A stretch of DNA of 64,000 nt from the human T2T-CHM13v2.0 reference genome, Homo sapiens: the NCBI RefSeq assembly GCF_009914755.1, contig NC_060946.1. One strand, written 5' to 3'. The notes below the pieces were generated by a model that worked only from the letters and a program-made list of their open reading frames with translations, did no database searches and was not told the DNA's origin. A program made the position numbers and the translations under genes. The stretch's first letter is position 1. Every line of letters starts with the position of its first letter. Shown in pieces: positions 13,901 through 28,300 of the stretch.

Positions 13901-15189
13901 CTTTGCCTACAGGGGCATTGGACATATATCTGCACTGATCACCCAGGTGATGCAACTCTTGCCTAGGCTTTGCCTAAAGGGGACACTGTGACATATCTCT
14001 TCAATGATCACTCATGTGATGCATCTCTTGCCTAGGCTTTGCCAACAGGGGACATTGTGACATATCTCTGCACTGATCTCCCTGGTACTGTAACTTTAGT
14101 CTAGGCTCTGGCTACACGGCATTGTGACATATCACTGCACTGATCAACCAGGTGATATAACTCTTGTATAGGCTCTGCCTACAGGGGGATTGTGACCTAC
14201 CTCTGCACTGATCACCAGGTGATATAACTCTTCTCTAGGATCTGCCTACAGGGTGATTTGTGACATATCCCTGCACTGTTCACCCAGGTGACCTAACTCT
14301 GGTCTAAGCTCTGCCTAAAGGGGCATTGTGACAGATCTCTGCACTGATCACTCAGGTGATGTAACTATTGTCTAGGCTCTGCTTAAAGGGGCCTTGTCAC
14401 ATATCCCTGCACTGATCACCCAGGTGATGTAACTCTTGTCTAGGCTCTGCTTCCAGGGCATATTGTGACATAACTATGCACTGATCACCTTAGTGATGTA
14501 ACACTTGTGTAGGCTCGGCCTACAGAGGAATCTTGACATATCTCTGCACTGTTAAACGAGGTGATTTAACTCTTGTCTAGGCTGTGCCCACAGGGGGATT
14601 GAGACATATCTCTGCACTGATCCCGAGGTGATCCAACTCTTGCCTGGTCTCTGCCTACTGGGGACATTGTGACATATCTCTGCACTGATCTCCCAGGTGC
14701 TGTAAATTTTGTCTAGGCTCTGGCTACACGGCATTGTGACTTATCACTGCACTGATCACCCAGGCGATACAACTCTTGTCTAGGCTCTGCCTACAATGGT
14801 CTTGTGACATATCTCTGCACTGATCACCCAGGTGATATAACTCTTCTCTAGGATCTGACCACGGGGTGCTTTGTGACATATCCCTGCCATGATCACACAG
14901 GTGATATACCACTTGCCAAGGCTCTGCTTACAGGGGCATTGCAACGTATCTCTGCACTGAACACCTAGGACTTGTAGCTATTTTCTAGGATCTGCCTACA
15001 GGGTGCTTTGTGACGGGTCCCAGCAAGGATTACCCAGGTGATGTACCTCTCATCAAGGCTCTGCCTACAGGCACATTGCGATATATCTCTGCACTGATCA
15101 CCAAGGTCATGTAACTTTTGTCTAGGCTCTACCTACGATGGTATTGTGACATATCTCTGCACTAATCATCCAAGTGATGTAACACTTGT
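1384..15189. repeat. Seven tandem 29-mer HORs (1971-1973 bp), lineage A
   Basis: Landmark spacings are 1973, 1972, 1973, 1971, 1973, 1972 and 1972 (about 29 x 68). Each unit contains the 'ctacaatggtcttgtg' monomer. Confidence 0.92.
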
Positions 15190-18100
15190 CTAGGATGTGC
15201 CTAAATTAACTTTTTGACATAACCCTGTACTGATCATCCAGGTGATGGGGCTTTTGTCTAGGCTCTGCCTAAGGGGGCATTGTGACATATTTCTGCATTG
15301 ATCACCCAGGTGGCGAACTCTTCTCTCGGATCTGCCTATGGGGGCATTGTGAGAAATCTCTGCACTGATCACCCAGGTGATGTAACTGTTGTGTAACCTC
15401 TGCCTACAGGGGAATTGTGAGAGATCTCGCCACTGATTACCCAAGTGATGTAACCATTGTCTAGGCTTTGCGTACATGGGGCTTTGTGACATACCTTTGC
15501 ACTGATCACCCAGGTGTTGTAACATATCTAAGTTCGGCCTAAAGGAGCTTTGTGACACATCTCTGCACTGATCACTTAGGTGATGTAACACTTTTATAAT
15601 CACTGCCTACAGGGAATTTTGACAAATCTCTGCACTGATCACCTAGGTGATGTAACTCTTGTCTACCCTCCGTCCAACGGGGCATTGTGAAATATCTCAG
15701 CACTGAACACCCAGGTGAATCAACTCTTGACTAGGAACTGCCTACAGAGGTTATTGTGAAATATCTCTGCACTGATAAACTAGGTGGGGTAACCCTTGTC
15801 CAAGCTCTGCCTACAGGGGCGTTTCCAGATATTCCTGAACTGATGACAAAGGTGATGTAACTCTTGCCTAGGCTTTGCCTACAGGGAACATTGGACATAT
15901 ATCTGCACTGATCACCCAGGTGATGCAACTCTTGCCTAGGCTTTGCCTACAGGGGACACTGTGACATATCTCTTCAATGATCACTCAGGTGATGCATCTC
16001 TTGCCTAGGCTTTGCCAACAGGGGACATTGTGACATATCTCTGCACTGATCTCCCTGGTACTGTAACTTTAGTCTAGGCTCTGGCTACACGGCATTGTGA
16101 CATATCACTGCAATGATCAACCAGGTGATATAACTCTTGTATAGGCTCTGCCTACAGGGGGATTGTGACCTACCTCTGCACTGATCACCCAGGTGATATA
16201 ACTCTTCTCTAGGATCTGCCTACAGGGTACTTTGTGACATATCCCTGCACTGATCACGCAGGTGATCTAACTCTGATCTAAGCTCTGCCTAAAGGGGCAT
16301 AGTGACAGATCTCTGCACTGATCCCTCTGGTGATGTAAGTATTGTCTAGGCTCTGCTTCAAGGGGCCTTGTCACATATCTCTGCACTGATCACCCAGGTG
16401 ATGTAACTCTTGTCTAGGCTCTGCTTCCAGGGAATATTGTGACATATCTATGCACTGATCACCTTAGTGATGTAACACTTTGGTAGGCTCGGCCTACAGG
16501 GGAATCTTGACATATCTCTGCACTGTTAACCGAGGTGATTTAACCCTTGTCTAGGCTGTGCCCACAGGGGGATTGAGACATATCTCTGCACTGATCCCGA
16601 GGTGATACAACTCTTGCCTGGTCTCAGCCTACTGTGGACATTGTGACATATCTCTGCACTGATCTCCCAGGTGCTGTAACTTTAGCCTAGGCTCCGGCTA
16701 CACGGCATTGTGACATATCACTGCACTGATCACCCAGGCGATATAACTCTTCTCTAGGATCTGACCACAGGGTGCATTGTGACATATCCCTGCAATGATC
16801 ACCCAGGTGATATACCACTTGCCAAGGCTCTGCCTACAGGGGCATTGCAATGTATCTCTGCACTGATCACCTAGGTCTTGTAGCTATTTTCTAGGATCTG
16901 CCTACAGGGTGATTTGTGACGGGTCCCAGCAAGGATTACCCAGGTGATGTACCTCCCATCAAGGCTCTGCCTGCAGGCACATTGTGATGTATCTCTGCAG
17001 TGATCACCTCGGTCATGTAACTTTTTTCTGGGCTCTACCTACGATGGCATTGTGACATATCTCTGCACTAATCATCCAAGTGATGTAACTCTTGTCTAGG
17101 ATGTGCCTAAATTAACTTTTTGACATAACCCTGTACTGATCATCCAGGTGATGGAGCTTTTGTCTAGGCTCTGCCTAAGGGGGCATTGTGACATATTTCT
17201 GCATTGATCACCCAGGTGGCGAACTCTTCTCTCGGATCTGCCTATGTGGGCATTGTGAGAAATCTCTGCACTGATCACCCAGGTGATGTAACTGTTGTGT
17301 AACCTCTGCCTACAGGTTAATTGTGAGAGATCTCGTCACTGATTACCCAAGTGATGTAACCATTGTCTAGGCTTTTCGTACAGGGGGCTTTGTGACATAC
17401 CTTTGCACTGATCACCCAGGTGATGTATCACATCAAAGTTCGGCCTAAAGGAGCTTTGTGACATATCTCTGCACTGATCACTTAGGTGATTTAACACTTT
17501 TATAATCACTGCCTACAGGGAATTTTGACAAATCTCTGCACTGATCACCTAGGTGATGTAACTCTTGTCTACCCTCTGTCCAACGGGGCATTGTGAAATG
17601 TCTCTGCACTGATCACCCAGGTGATTCAACTCTTGACTAGGAACTGCCTACAGAGGTTATTGTGAAATATCTCTGCACTGATAAACTAGGTGGTGTAACC
17701 CTTGTCCAAGCTCTGCCTACAGGGGCGTTTCCACATATCCCTGAGCTGATGACAAAGGTGATGTAACTCTTGCCTAGGCTTTGCCTACAGGGAACATTGG
17801 ACATATATCTGCACTGATCACCCAGGTGATGCAACTCTTGCCTAGGCTTTTCCTACAGGGGACATTGTGACATATCTCTTCAATGATCACTCATGTGATC
17901 TATCTCTTGCCTAGGCTTTGCGTACAGGGGACATTGTTACATATCTCTGCACTGATCTCCCAGGTGCTGTAACTTTAGTCTAGGCTCTGGCTACACGGCA
18001 TTGTGACGTATCACTGCACTGATCAACCAGGTGATATAACTCTTGTATAGGCTCTGCCTACAGGGAGATTGTGACCTACCTCTGCACTGATCACCCAGGT

Positions 18101-21100
18101 GATATAACTCTTCTCTAGGATCTGCCTACAGGGTACTTTGTGACATATCCCTGCACTGATCACCCAGGTGATCTAACTCAGGTCTAAGCTCTGCCTAAAG
18201 GGGCATTGTGACAGATCTCTGCACTGATCCCTCTGGTGATGTAAGTATTGTCTAGGCTCTGCTTCAAGGGGTCTTGTCACATATCTCTGCACTGATCACC
18301 CAGGTGATGTAACTCTTGTCTAGGCTCTGCTTCCAGGGCATACTGTGACATATCTATGCACTGATCACTTTAGTGGTGTAACACTTTGGTAGGCTCGGCC
18401 TACAGGGGAATCTTGACATATCTCTGCACTGTTAACCGAGGTGATTTAACTCTTGTCTAGGCTGTGCCCACAGGGGGATTGAGACATAGCTCTGCACTGA
18501 TCCCGAGGTGATACAACTCTTGCCTGGTCTCTGCCTACTGTGGCCATTGCGACATATCTCTGCACTGATCTCCCACGTGCTGTAACTTTAGACTCGGCTC
18601 TGGCTACACGGCATTGTGACATATCACTGCACTGATCACCCAGGCGATATAAATCTTCTCTATGATCTGACCACAGGGTGCTTTGTGACATATCCCTGCA
18701 ATGATCACCCAGGTGATATACCACTTGCCAAGGCTCTGCCTACAGGGGCATTGCAATGTATCTCTGCACTGATCACCTAGGTCTTGTAGCTATTTTCTAG
18801 GATCTGCCTACAGGGTGCTTTGTGACGTGTCCTAGCAAGGATTACCCAGGTGATGTACCTCTCATCAAGGCTCTGCCTACAGGCACATTGTGATGTATCT
18901 CTGCACTGATCACCTAGGTCATGTAACTTTTTTCTAGGCTCTACCTACGATGGCATTGTGACATAACTCTGCACTAATCATCCAAGTGATGTAACTCTTG
19001 TCTAGGATGTGCCTAAATTAACTTTTTGACATAACCCTGTACTGATCATCCAGGTGTTGGAGCTTTTGTCTAGGCTCTGCCTAAGGGGGCATTGTGACAT
19101 ATTTCTGCATTGATCACCCAGGTGGCGAACTCTTCTCTCGGATCTGCCTATGGGGGCATTGTGAGAAATCTCTGCACTGATCACCCAGGTGATGTAACTG
19201 TTGTGTAACCTCTGCCTACAGGGGAATTGTGAGAGATCTCGTCACTGATTACCCAAGTGATGTAACCATTGTCTAGGCTTTGCCTACAGGGGGCTTTGTG
19301 ACATACCTTTGCACTGATCACCCAGGTGATGTAACACATCTAAGTTCGGCCTAAAGGAGCTTTGTGACATATCTCTGCACTGATCACTTAGGTGATGTAA
19401 CACTTTTATAATCACTGCCTGCAGGGAATTTTGACAAATGTCGGCACTGATCACCTAGCTTATGTAACTCTTGTCTACCCTCTGTCCAACGGGGCATTGT
19501 GAAATATCTCAGCACTGAACACCCAGGTGATTCAACTCTTGACTAGGAACTGCCTACAGAGGTTATTGTGAAATATCTCTGCACTGATAAACTAGGTGGT
19601 GTAACCCTTGTCCAAGCTCTGCCTACAGGGGCGTTTCCACATATCCCTGAACTGATGACAAAGGTGATGTTACTCTTGCCTAGGCTTTGCCCACAGGGGC
19701 ATTGGACATATATCTGCACTGATCACCCAGGTGATGCAACTCTTGCCTAGGCTTTGCCTACAGGGGACACTGTGACATATCTCTTCAATGATCACTCATA
19801 TGATGCATCTCTTGCCTAGGCTTTGAAAACAGGGGACATTGTGACATATCTCTGCACTGATCTGCCTGGTACTGTAACTTTAGTCGAGGCTCTGGCTACA
19901 CGGCATTGTGAAATATCACTGCACTGATCAACCAGGTGATATAACTCTTGTATAGGCTCTGCCTACAGGGGATTGTGACCTACCTCTGCACTGATCGCCC
20001 AGCTGATATAACTCTTCTCTAGGATCTGCCTACAGGGTGCTTTGTGACATATCCCTGCACTGATCACCCAGGTGACCTAACTCTGGTCTAAGCTCTGCTT
20101 AAAGGGGCCTTGTCACATATCCCTGCACTGATCACCCAGGTGATGTAACTCTTGTCTAGGCTCTGCTTCCAGGGCATATTGTGACATAACTATGCACTGA
20201 TCACCTTAGTGATGTAACACTTGTGTAGGCTCGGCCTACAGAGGAATCTTGACATATCTCTGCACTGTTAAACGAGGTGATTTAACTCTTGTCTAGGCTG
20301 TGCCCACAGGGGGATTGAGAAATATCTCTGCACTGATCCCGAGGTGATCCAACTCTTGCCTGGTCTCTGCCTACTGGGGACATTGTGACATATCTCTGCA
20401 CTAATCTCCCTGGTGCTGTAAATTTTGTCTAGGCTCTGGCTACACGGCATTGTGACTTATCACTGCACTGATCACCCAGGCGATACAACTCTTGTCTAGG
20501 CTCTGCCTACAATGGTCTTGTGACATATCTCTGCACTGATCACCCAGGTGATATAACTCTTCTCTAGGATCTGACCACGGGGTGCTTTGTGACATATCCC
20601 TGAAATGATCACCCAGGTGATATACCACTTGCCAAGGCTCTGCTTACAGGGGCATTGCAAGGTATCTCTGCACTGATCACCTAGGTCTTGTAGCTATTTT
20701 CTAGGATCTGCCTACAGGGTGCTTTGTGACGGGTCCCAGCAAGGATTACCCAGGTGATGTACCTCTCATCAAGGCTCTGCCTACAGGCACATTGCGATAT
20801 ATCTCTGCACTGATCACCAAGGTCATGTAACTTTTGTCTAGGCTCTACCTACGATGGCATTGTGACATATCTCTGCACTAATCATCCAAGTGATGTAACA
20901 CTTGTCTAGGATGTGCCTAAATTAACTTTTTGACATAACCCTGTACTGATCATCCAGGTGATGGGGCTTTTGTCTAGGCCCTGCCTAAGGGGGCATTGTG
21001 ACATATTTCTGCATTGATCACCCAGGTGGCGAACTCTTCTCTCGGATCTGCCTATGGGGGCATTATGAGAAATCTCTGCACTGATCACCCAGGTGATGTA

Positions 21101-22811
21101 ACTGTTGTGTAACCTCTGCCTACAGGGGAATTGTGAGAGATCTCGCCACTGATTACCCAAGTGATGTAACCATTGTCTAGGCTTTGCGTACAGGGGGCTT
21201 TGTGACATACCTTTGCACTGATCACCCAGGTGTTGTAACATATCTAAGTTCGGCCTAAAGGAGCTTTGTGACACATCTCTGCACTGATCACTTAGGTGAT
21301 GTAAAACTTTTATAATCACTGCCTACAGGGAATTTTGACAAATCTCTGCACTGATCACCTAGGTGATGTAACTCTTGTCTTCCCTCTGTCCAACGGGGCA
21401 TTGTGAAATATCTCTGCACTGAACACGCAAGTGATTCAACTCTTGACTAGGAACTGCCTACAGAGGTTATTGTGAAATATCTCTGCACTGATAAACTAGG
21501 TTGTGTAACCCTTGTCCAAGCTCTGCCTACAGGGGCGTTTCCACATATCCCTGAACTGATGACAAAGGTGATGTAACCCTTGCCTAGGCTTTGCCTACAG
21601 GGTTCATTGGACATATATCTGCACTGATCACCCAGGTGATGCAACTCTTGCCTAGGCTTTGCCTACAGGGGACACTGTGACATATCTCTTCAATGATCAC
21701 TCATGTGATGCATCTCTTGCCTAGGCTTTGCCAACAGGGGACATTGTGACATATCTCTGCACTGATCTCCCTGGTACTGTAACTGTAGTCTAGGCTCTGG
21801 CTACACGGCATTGTGACATATCACTGCACTGATCAACCAGGTGATATAACTCTTGTATAGGCTCTGCCTACAGGGGGATTGTGACCTACCTCTGCACTGA
21901 TCACCCAGGTGATATAACTCTTCTCTAGGATCTGCCTACAGGGTGCTTTGTGACATATCCCTGCACTGATCACCCAGGTGACCTAACTCTGGTCTAAGCT
22001 CTGCCTAAAGGGGCATTGTGACAGATCTCTGCACTGATCACTCAGGTGATGTAACTATTGTCTAGGCTCTGCTTAAAGGGGCCTTGTCACATATCCCTGC
22101 ACTGATCACCCAGGTGATGTAACTGTTGTCTAGGCTCTGCTTCCAGGGCATATTGTGAGATAACTATGCACTGATCACCTTAGTGATGTAACACTTGTGT
22201 AGGCTCGGCCTACAGCGGAATCTTGACATATCTCTGCACAGTTAAACGAGGTGATTTAACTCTTGTCTAGGCTGTGCCCACAGGGGGATTGAGACATATA
22301 TCTGCACTGATCCCGAGGTGATCCAACTCTTGCCGGGTCTCTGCCTACTGGGGACATTGTGACATATCTCTGCACTGATCTCCCAGGTGCTGTAACTTTT
22401 GTCTAGGCTCTGGCAACACGGCATTGTGACATATCACTGCACTGATCACCCAGGCGATATAACTCTCCAATAGGATCTGACCACAGGGTGCTTTGTGACA
22501 TATCCCTGCAATGATCACCCAGGTGATATACCACTTGCCAAGGCTGTGCTTACAGGGGCATTGCAATGTATCTCTGCACTGATCACCAAGGACTTGTAGC
22601 TGTTTTCTAGGATCTGCCTACAGGGTGCTTTGTGACGGGTCCCAGCAAGGATTACCCAGGTGATGTACCTCTCATCAAGGCTCTGCCTACAGGCACATTG
22701 CGATATATCTCTGCACTGATCACCAAGGTCATGTAACTTTTGTCTAGGCTCTACCTACGATGGCATTGTGACATATCTCTGCATTAATCATCCAAGTGAT
22801 GTAACACTTGT
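15190..22811. repeat. Four 28-mer HORs (1906, 1906, 1904, 1906 bp) of mixed lineage and two deletion types
   Basis: Landmarks at 15190, 17096, 19002, 20906 and 22812. Three units lack the 'aatggtctt' monomer. The 19002-20905 unit keeps it but lacks the 'gacagatct' monomer (junction near 20095). Confidence 0.88.
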
Positions 22812-25329
22812 CTAGGATGTGCCTAAGTTAACTTTTTGACATAACCCTGTACTGATCATCCAGGTGATGGGGCTTTTGTCTAGGCTCTGCCTAAGGGGGC
22901 ATTGTGACATATTTCTGCATTGATCACCCAGGTGGCGAACTCTTCTCTCGGATCTGCCTATGGGGGCATTGTGAGAAATCTCTGCACTGATCACCCAAGT
23001 GATGTAACTGTTGTGTAACCTCTGCCTACAGGGGAATTGTGAGAGATCTCTCCACTGATTACCCAAGTGATGTAACCATTGTCTAGGCTTTGCGTACAGG
23101 GGGCTTTGTGACATACCTTTTCACTGATCACCCAGGTGATGTAACACATCTAAGTTCGGCCTAAAGGAGCTTTGTGACACATCTCTGCACTGATCACTTA
23201 GGTGATGTAACACTTTTATAATCACTGCCTACAGGGAATTTTGACAAATCTCTGCACTGATCACCTAGGTGATGTAACTCTTGTCTACCCTCCGTCCAAC
23301 GGGGCATTGTGAAATATCTCAGCACTGAACTCCCAGGTGAATCAACTCTTGACTAGGAACTGCCTACAGAGGTTATTGTGAAATATCTCTGCACTGATAA
23401 ACTAGGTGGTGTAAACCTTGTCCAAGCTCTGCCTACAGGGGCGTTTCCACATATCCCTGAACTGACGACAAAGGTGATGTAACTCTTGCCTAGGATTTGC
23501 CTATAGGGAACATTGGACATATACCTGCACTGATCACCCAGGTGATGCAACTCTTGCCTAGGCTTTGCCTACAGGGGACACTGTGACATATCTCTTCAAT
23601 GATCACTCAGGTGATGCATCTCTTGCCTACGCTTTGCCAGCAGGGGACGTTGTGACATATCTCTGCACTGATCTCCCTGGTACTGTAACTTTAGACTAGG
23701 CTCTGGCTACACGGCATTGTGACATATCACTGCACTGATCAACCAGGTGATATAACTCTTGTATAGGCTCTGCCTACAGGGGGATTGTGACCTACCTCTG
23801 CACTGATCACCCAGGAGATATAACTCTTCTCTAGGATCTGCCTACAGGGTGCTTTGTGACATATCCCTGCACTGATCTCCCAGGTGACCTAACTCTGGTC
23901 TAAGCTCTGCCTAAAGGGGCATTGTGACAGATCTCTGCACTGATCACTCAGGTGATGTAACTATTGTCTAGGCTCTGCTTAAAGGGGCCTTGTCACATAT
24001 CCCTGCACTGATCACCCAGGTGATGTAACTCTTGTCTAGTCTCTGCTTCCAGGGCATATTGTGACATAACTATGCACTGACCACCTTAGTGATGTAACAC
24101 TTGTGTAGGCTCGGCCTACAGAGGAATCTTGACATATCTCTGCCCTGTTAAACGAGGTGATTTAACTCTTGTCTAGGCTGTGCCCACAGGGGTATTGAGA
24201 CATATCTCTGCACTGATCCTGAGGTGATCCAACTCTTGCTTGGTCTCTGCCTACTGGGGACATTGTGACATATCTCTGCACTGATCTCCCAGGTGCTGTA
24301 AATTTTGTCTAGGCTCTGGCTACACGGCATTGTGACTTATCACTGCACTGATCACCCAGGCGATACAACTCTTGTCTAGGCTCTGCCTACAGGGGGTTGT
24401 GACCTACCTCTGCACTGATCACCCAGGTGATATATCTCTTCTCTAGGATCTGCCTACACGGTACTTTGTGACATATCCCTGCACTGATCACCCAGGTGAT
24501 CTAACTCTGGTCTAAGCTCTGCCTAAAGGGGCATTGTGACAGATCTCTGCACTGATCACTCTGGTGATGTAAGTATTGTCTAGGCTCTGCTTCAAGGGGC
24601 CTTGTCACATATCTCTGCACTGATCACCCAGGTGATGTTACTCTTTTCTAGGCTCTGCTTCCAGGGCATATTGTGACATATCTATGCACTGATCACCTTA
24701 GTGATGTAACACTTTGGTAGGCTCGGCCTACAGGGGAATCTTGACATATCTCTGCACTGTTAACCGAGGTGATTTAACTCTTGTCTAGGCTGTGCCCACA
24801 GGGGTATTGAGACATATCTCTGCACTGATCCCGAGGTGATACAACTCTTGCCTGGTCTCTGCCTACTGTGGACATTGTGACATATCTCTGCACTGATCTC
24901 CCAGGTGCTGTAACTTTTGTCTAGGCTCTGGCAACACGGCATTGTGACATATCACTGCACTGATCACCCAGGCGATATAACTCTCCTCTAGGATCTGACC
25001 ACAGGGTGCTTTGTGACATATCCCTGCAATGATCACCCAGGTGATATACCACTTGCCAAGGCTGTGCTTACAGGGGCATTGCAATGTATCTCTGCACTGA
25101 TCACCAAGGACTTGTAGCTATTTTCTAGGATCTGCCTACAGGGTGCTTTGTGACGGGTCCCAGCAAGGATTACCCAGGTGATGTACCTCTCATCAAGGCT
25201 CTGCCTACAGGCACATTGCGATATATCTCTGCACTGATCACCAAGGTCATGTAACTTTTGTCTAGGCTCTACCTACGATGGCATTGTGACATATCTCTGC
25301 ATTAATCATCCAAGTGATGTAACACTTGT
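22812..25329. repeat. 37-mer HOR (2518 bp), A/B chimera with internal 9-monomer duplication
   Basis: Landmark spacing is 2518. The 'gttaa(a/c)cgaggtgatttaac' monomer occurs twice, 612 bp apart (~24148 and ~24760). Confidence 0.88.
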
Positions 25330-28300
25330 CTAGGATGTGCCTAAGTTAACTTTTTGACATAACCCTGTACTGATCATCCAGGTGATGGGGCTTTTGTCTA
25401 GGCTCTGCCTAAGGGGGCATTGTGACATATTTCTGCATTGATCACCCAGGTGGCGAACTCTTCTCTCGGATCTGCCTATGGGGGCATTGTGAGAAATCTC
25501 TGCACTGATCACCCAGGTGATGTAACTGTTGTGTAACCTCTGCCTACAGGGGAATTGTGAGAGATCTCTCCACTGATTACCCAAGTGATGTAACCATTGT
25601 CTAGGCTTTGCGTACAGGGGGCTTTGTGACATACCTTTGCACTGATCACCCAGGTGATGTAACACATCTAAGTTCGGCCTAAAGGAGCTTTGTGACACAT
25701 CTCTGCACTGATCACTTAGGTGATGTAACACTTTTATAATCACTGCCTACAGGGAATTTTGACAAATCTCTGCACTGATCACCTAGGTGATGTAACTCTT
25801 GTCTACCCTCCGTCCAACGGGGCATTGTGAAATATCTCAGCACTGAACTCCCAGGTGAATCAACTCTTGACTAGGAACTGCCTACAGAGGTTATTGTGAA
25901 ATATCTCTGCACTGATAAACTAAGTGGTGTAAACCTTGTCCAAGCTCTGCCTACAGGGGCGTTTCCACATATCCCTGAACTGACGACAAAGGTGATGTAA
26001 CTCTTGCCTAGGATTTGCCTACAGGGAACATTGGACATATACCTGCACTGATCACCCAGGTGATGCAACTCTTGCCTAGGCTTTGCCTACAGGGGACACT
26101 GTGACATATCTCTTCAATGATCACTCATGTGATGCATCTCTTGCCTAGGCTTTGCCAGCAGGGGACGTTGTGACATATCTCTGCACTGATCTCCCTGGTA
26201 CTGTAACTTTAGTCTAGGCTCTGGCTACACGGCATTGTGACATATCACTGCACTGATCAACCAGGTGATATAACTCTTGTATAGGCTCTGCCTACAGGGG
26301 GATTGTGACCTACCTCTGCACTGATCACCCAGGTGATATAACTCTTCTCTAGGATCTGCCTACAGGGTGCTTTGTGACATATCCCTGCTCTGATCACCCA
26401 GGTGACCTAACTCTGGTCTAAGCTCTGCCTAAAGGGGCATTGTGACAGATCTCTGCACTGATCACTCAGGTGATGTAACTATTGTCTAGGCTCTGCTTAA
26501 AGGGGCCTTGTCACATATCCCTGCACTGATCACCCAGGTGATGTAACTCTTGTCTAGGCTCTGCTTCCAGGGCATATTGTGACATAACTATGCACTGACC
26601 ACCTTAGTGATGTAACACTTGTGTAGGCTCGGCCTACAGAGGAATCTTGACATATCTCTGCCCTGTTAAACGAGGTGATTTAACTCTTGTCTAGGCTGTG
26701 CCCACAGGGGGATTGAGACATATCTCTGCACTGATCCTGAGGTGATCCAACTCTTGCCTGGTCTCTGCCTACTGGGGACATTGTGACATATCTCTGCACT
26801 GATCTCCCAGGTGCTGTAAATTTTGTCTAGGCTCTGGCTACACGGCATTGTGACTTATCACTGCACTGATCACCCAGGCGATACAACTCTTGTCTAGGCT
26901 CTGCCTACAATGGTCTTGTGACATATCTCTGCACTGATCACCCAGGTGATATAACTCTTCTCTAGGATCTGACCACGGGGTGCTTTGTGACATATCCCTG
27001 CCATGATCACACAGGTGATATACCACTTGCCAAGGCTCTGCTTACAGGGGCATTGCAACGTATCTCTGCACTGAACACCTAGGACTTGTAGCTATTTTCT
27101 AGGATCTGCCTACAGGGTGCTTTGTGACGGGTCCCAGCAAGGATTACCCAGGTGATGTACCTCTCATCAAGGCTCTGCCTACAGGCACATTGCGATATAT
27201 CTCTGCACTGATCACCAAGGTCATGTAACTTTTGTCTAGGCTCTACCTACGATGGTATTGTGACATATCTCTGCACTAATCATCCAAGTGATGTAACACT
27301 TGTCTAGGATGTGCCTAAATTAACTTTTTGACATAACCCTGTACTGATCATCCAGGTGATGGGGCTTTTGTCTAGGCTCTGCCTAAGGGGGCATTGTGAC
27401 ATATTTCTGCATTGATCACCCAGGTGGCGAACTCTTCTCTCGGATCTGCCTATGGGGGCATTGTGAGAAATCTCTGCACTGATCACCCAGGTGATGTAAC
27501 TGTTGTGTAACCTCTGCCTACAGGGGAATTGTGAGAGATCTCGCCACTGATTACCCAAGTGATGTAACCATTGTCTAGGCTTTGCGTACATGGGGCTTTG
27601 TGACATACCTTTGCACTGATCACCCAGGTGTTGTAACATATCTAAGTTCGGCCTAAAGGAGCTTTGTGACACATCTCTGCACTGATCACTTAGGTGATGT
27701 AACACTTTTATAATCACTGCCTACAGGGAATTTTGACAAATCTCTGCACTGATCACCTAGGTGATGTAACTCTTGTCTACCCTCCGTCCAACGGGGCATT
27801 GTGAAATATCTCAGCACTGAACACCCAGGTGAATCAACTCTTGACTAGGAACTGCCTGCAGAGGTTATTGTAAAATATCTCTGCACTGATAAACTAGGTG
27901 GTGTAAACCTTGTCCAAGCTCTGCCTACAGGGGCGTTTCCACATATCCCTGAACTGACGACAAAGGTGATGTAACTCTTGCATAGGATTTGCCTACAGGG
28001 AACATTGGACATATATCTGCACTGATCACCCAGGTGATGCAACTCTTGCCTAGGCTTTGCCTACAGGGGACACTGTGACATATCTCTTCAATGATCACTC
28101 ATGTGATGCATCTCTTGCCTAGGCTTTGCCAGCAGGGGACGTTGTGACATATCTCTGCACTGATCTCCCTGGTACTGTAACTTTAGTCTAGGCTCTGGCT
28201 ACACGGCATTGTGACATATCACTGCACTGATCAACCAGGTGATATAACTCTTGTATAGGCTCTGCCTACAGGGGGATTGTGACCTACCTCTGCACTGATC

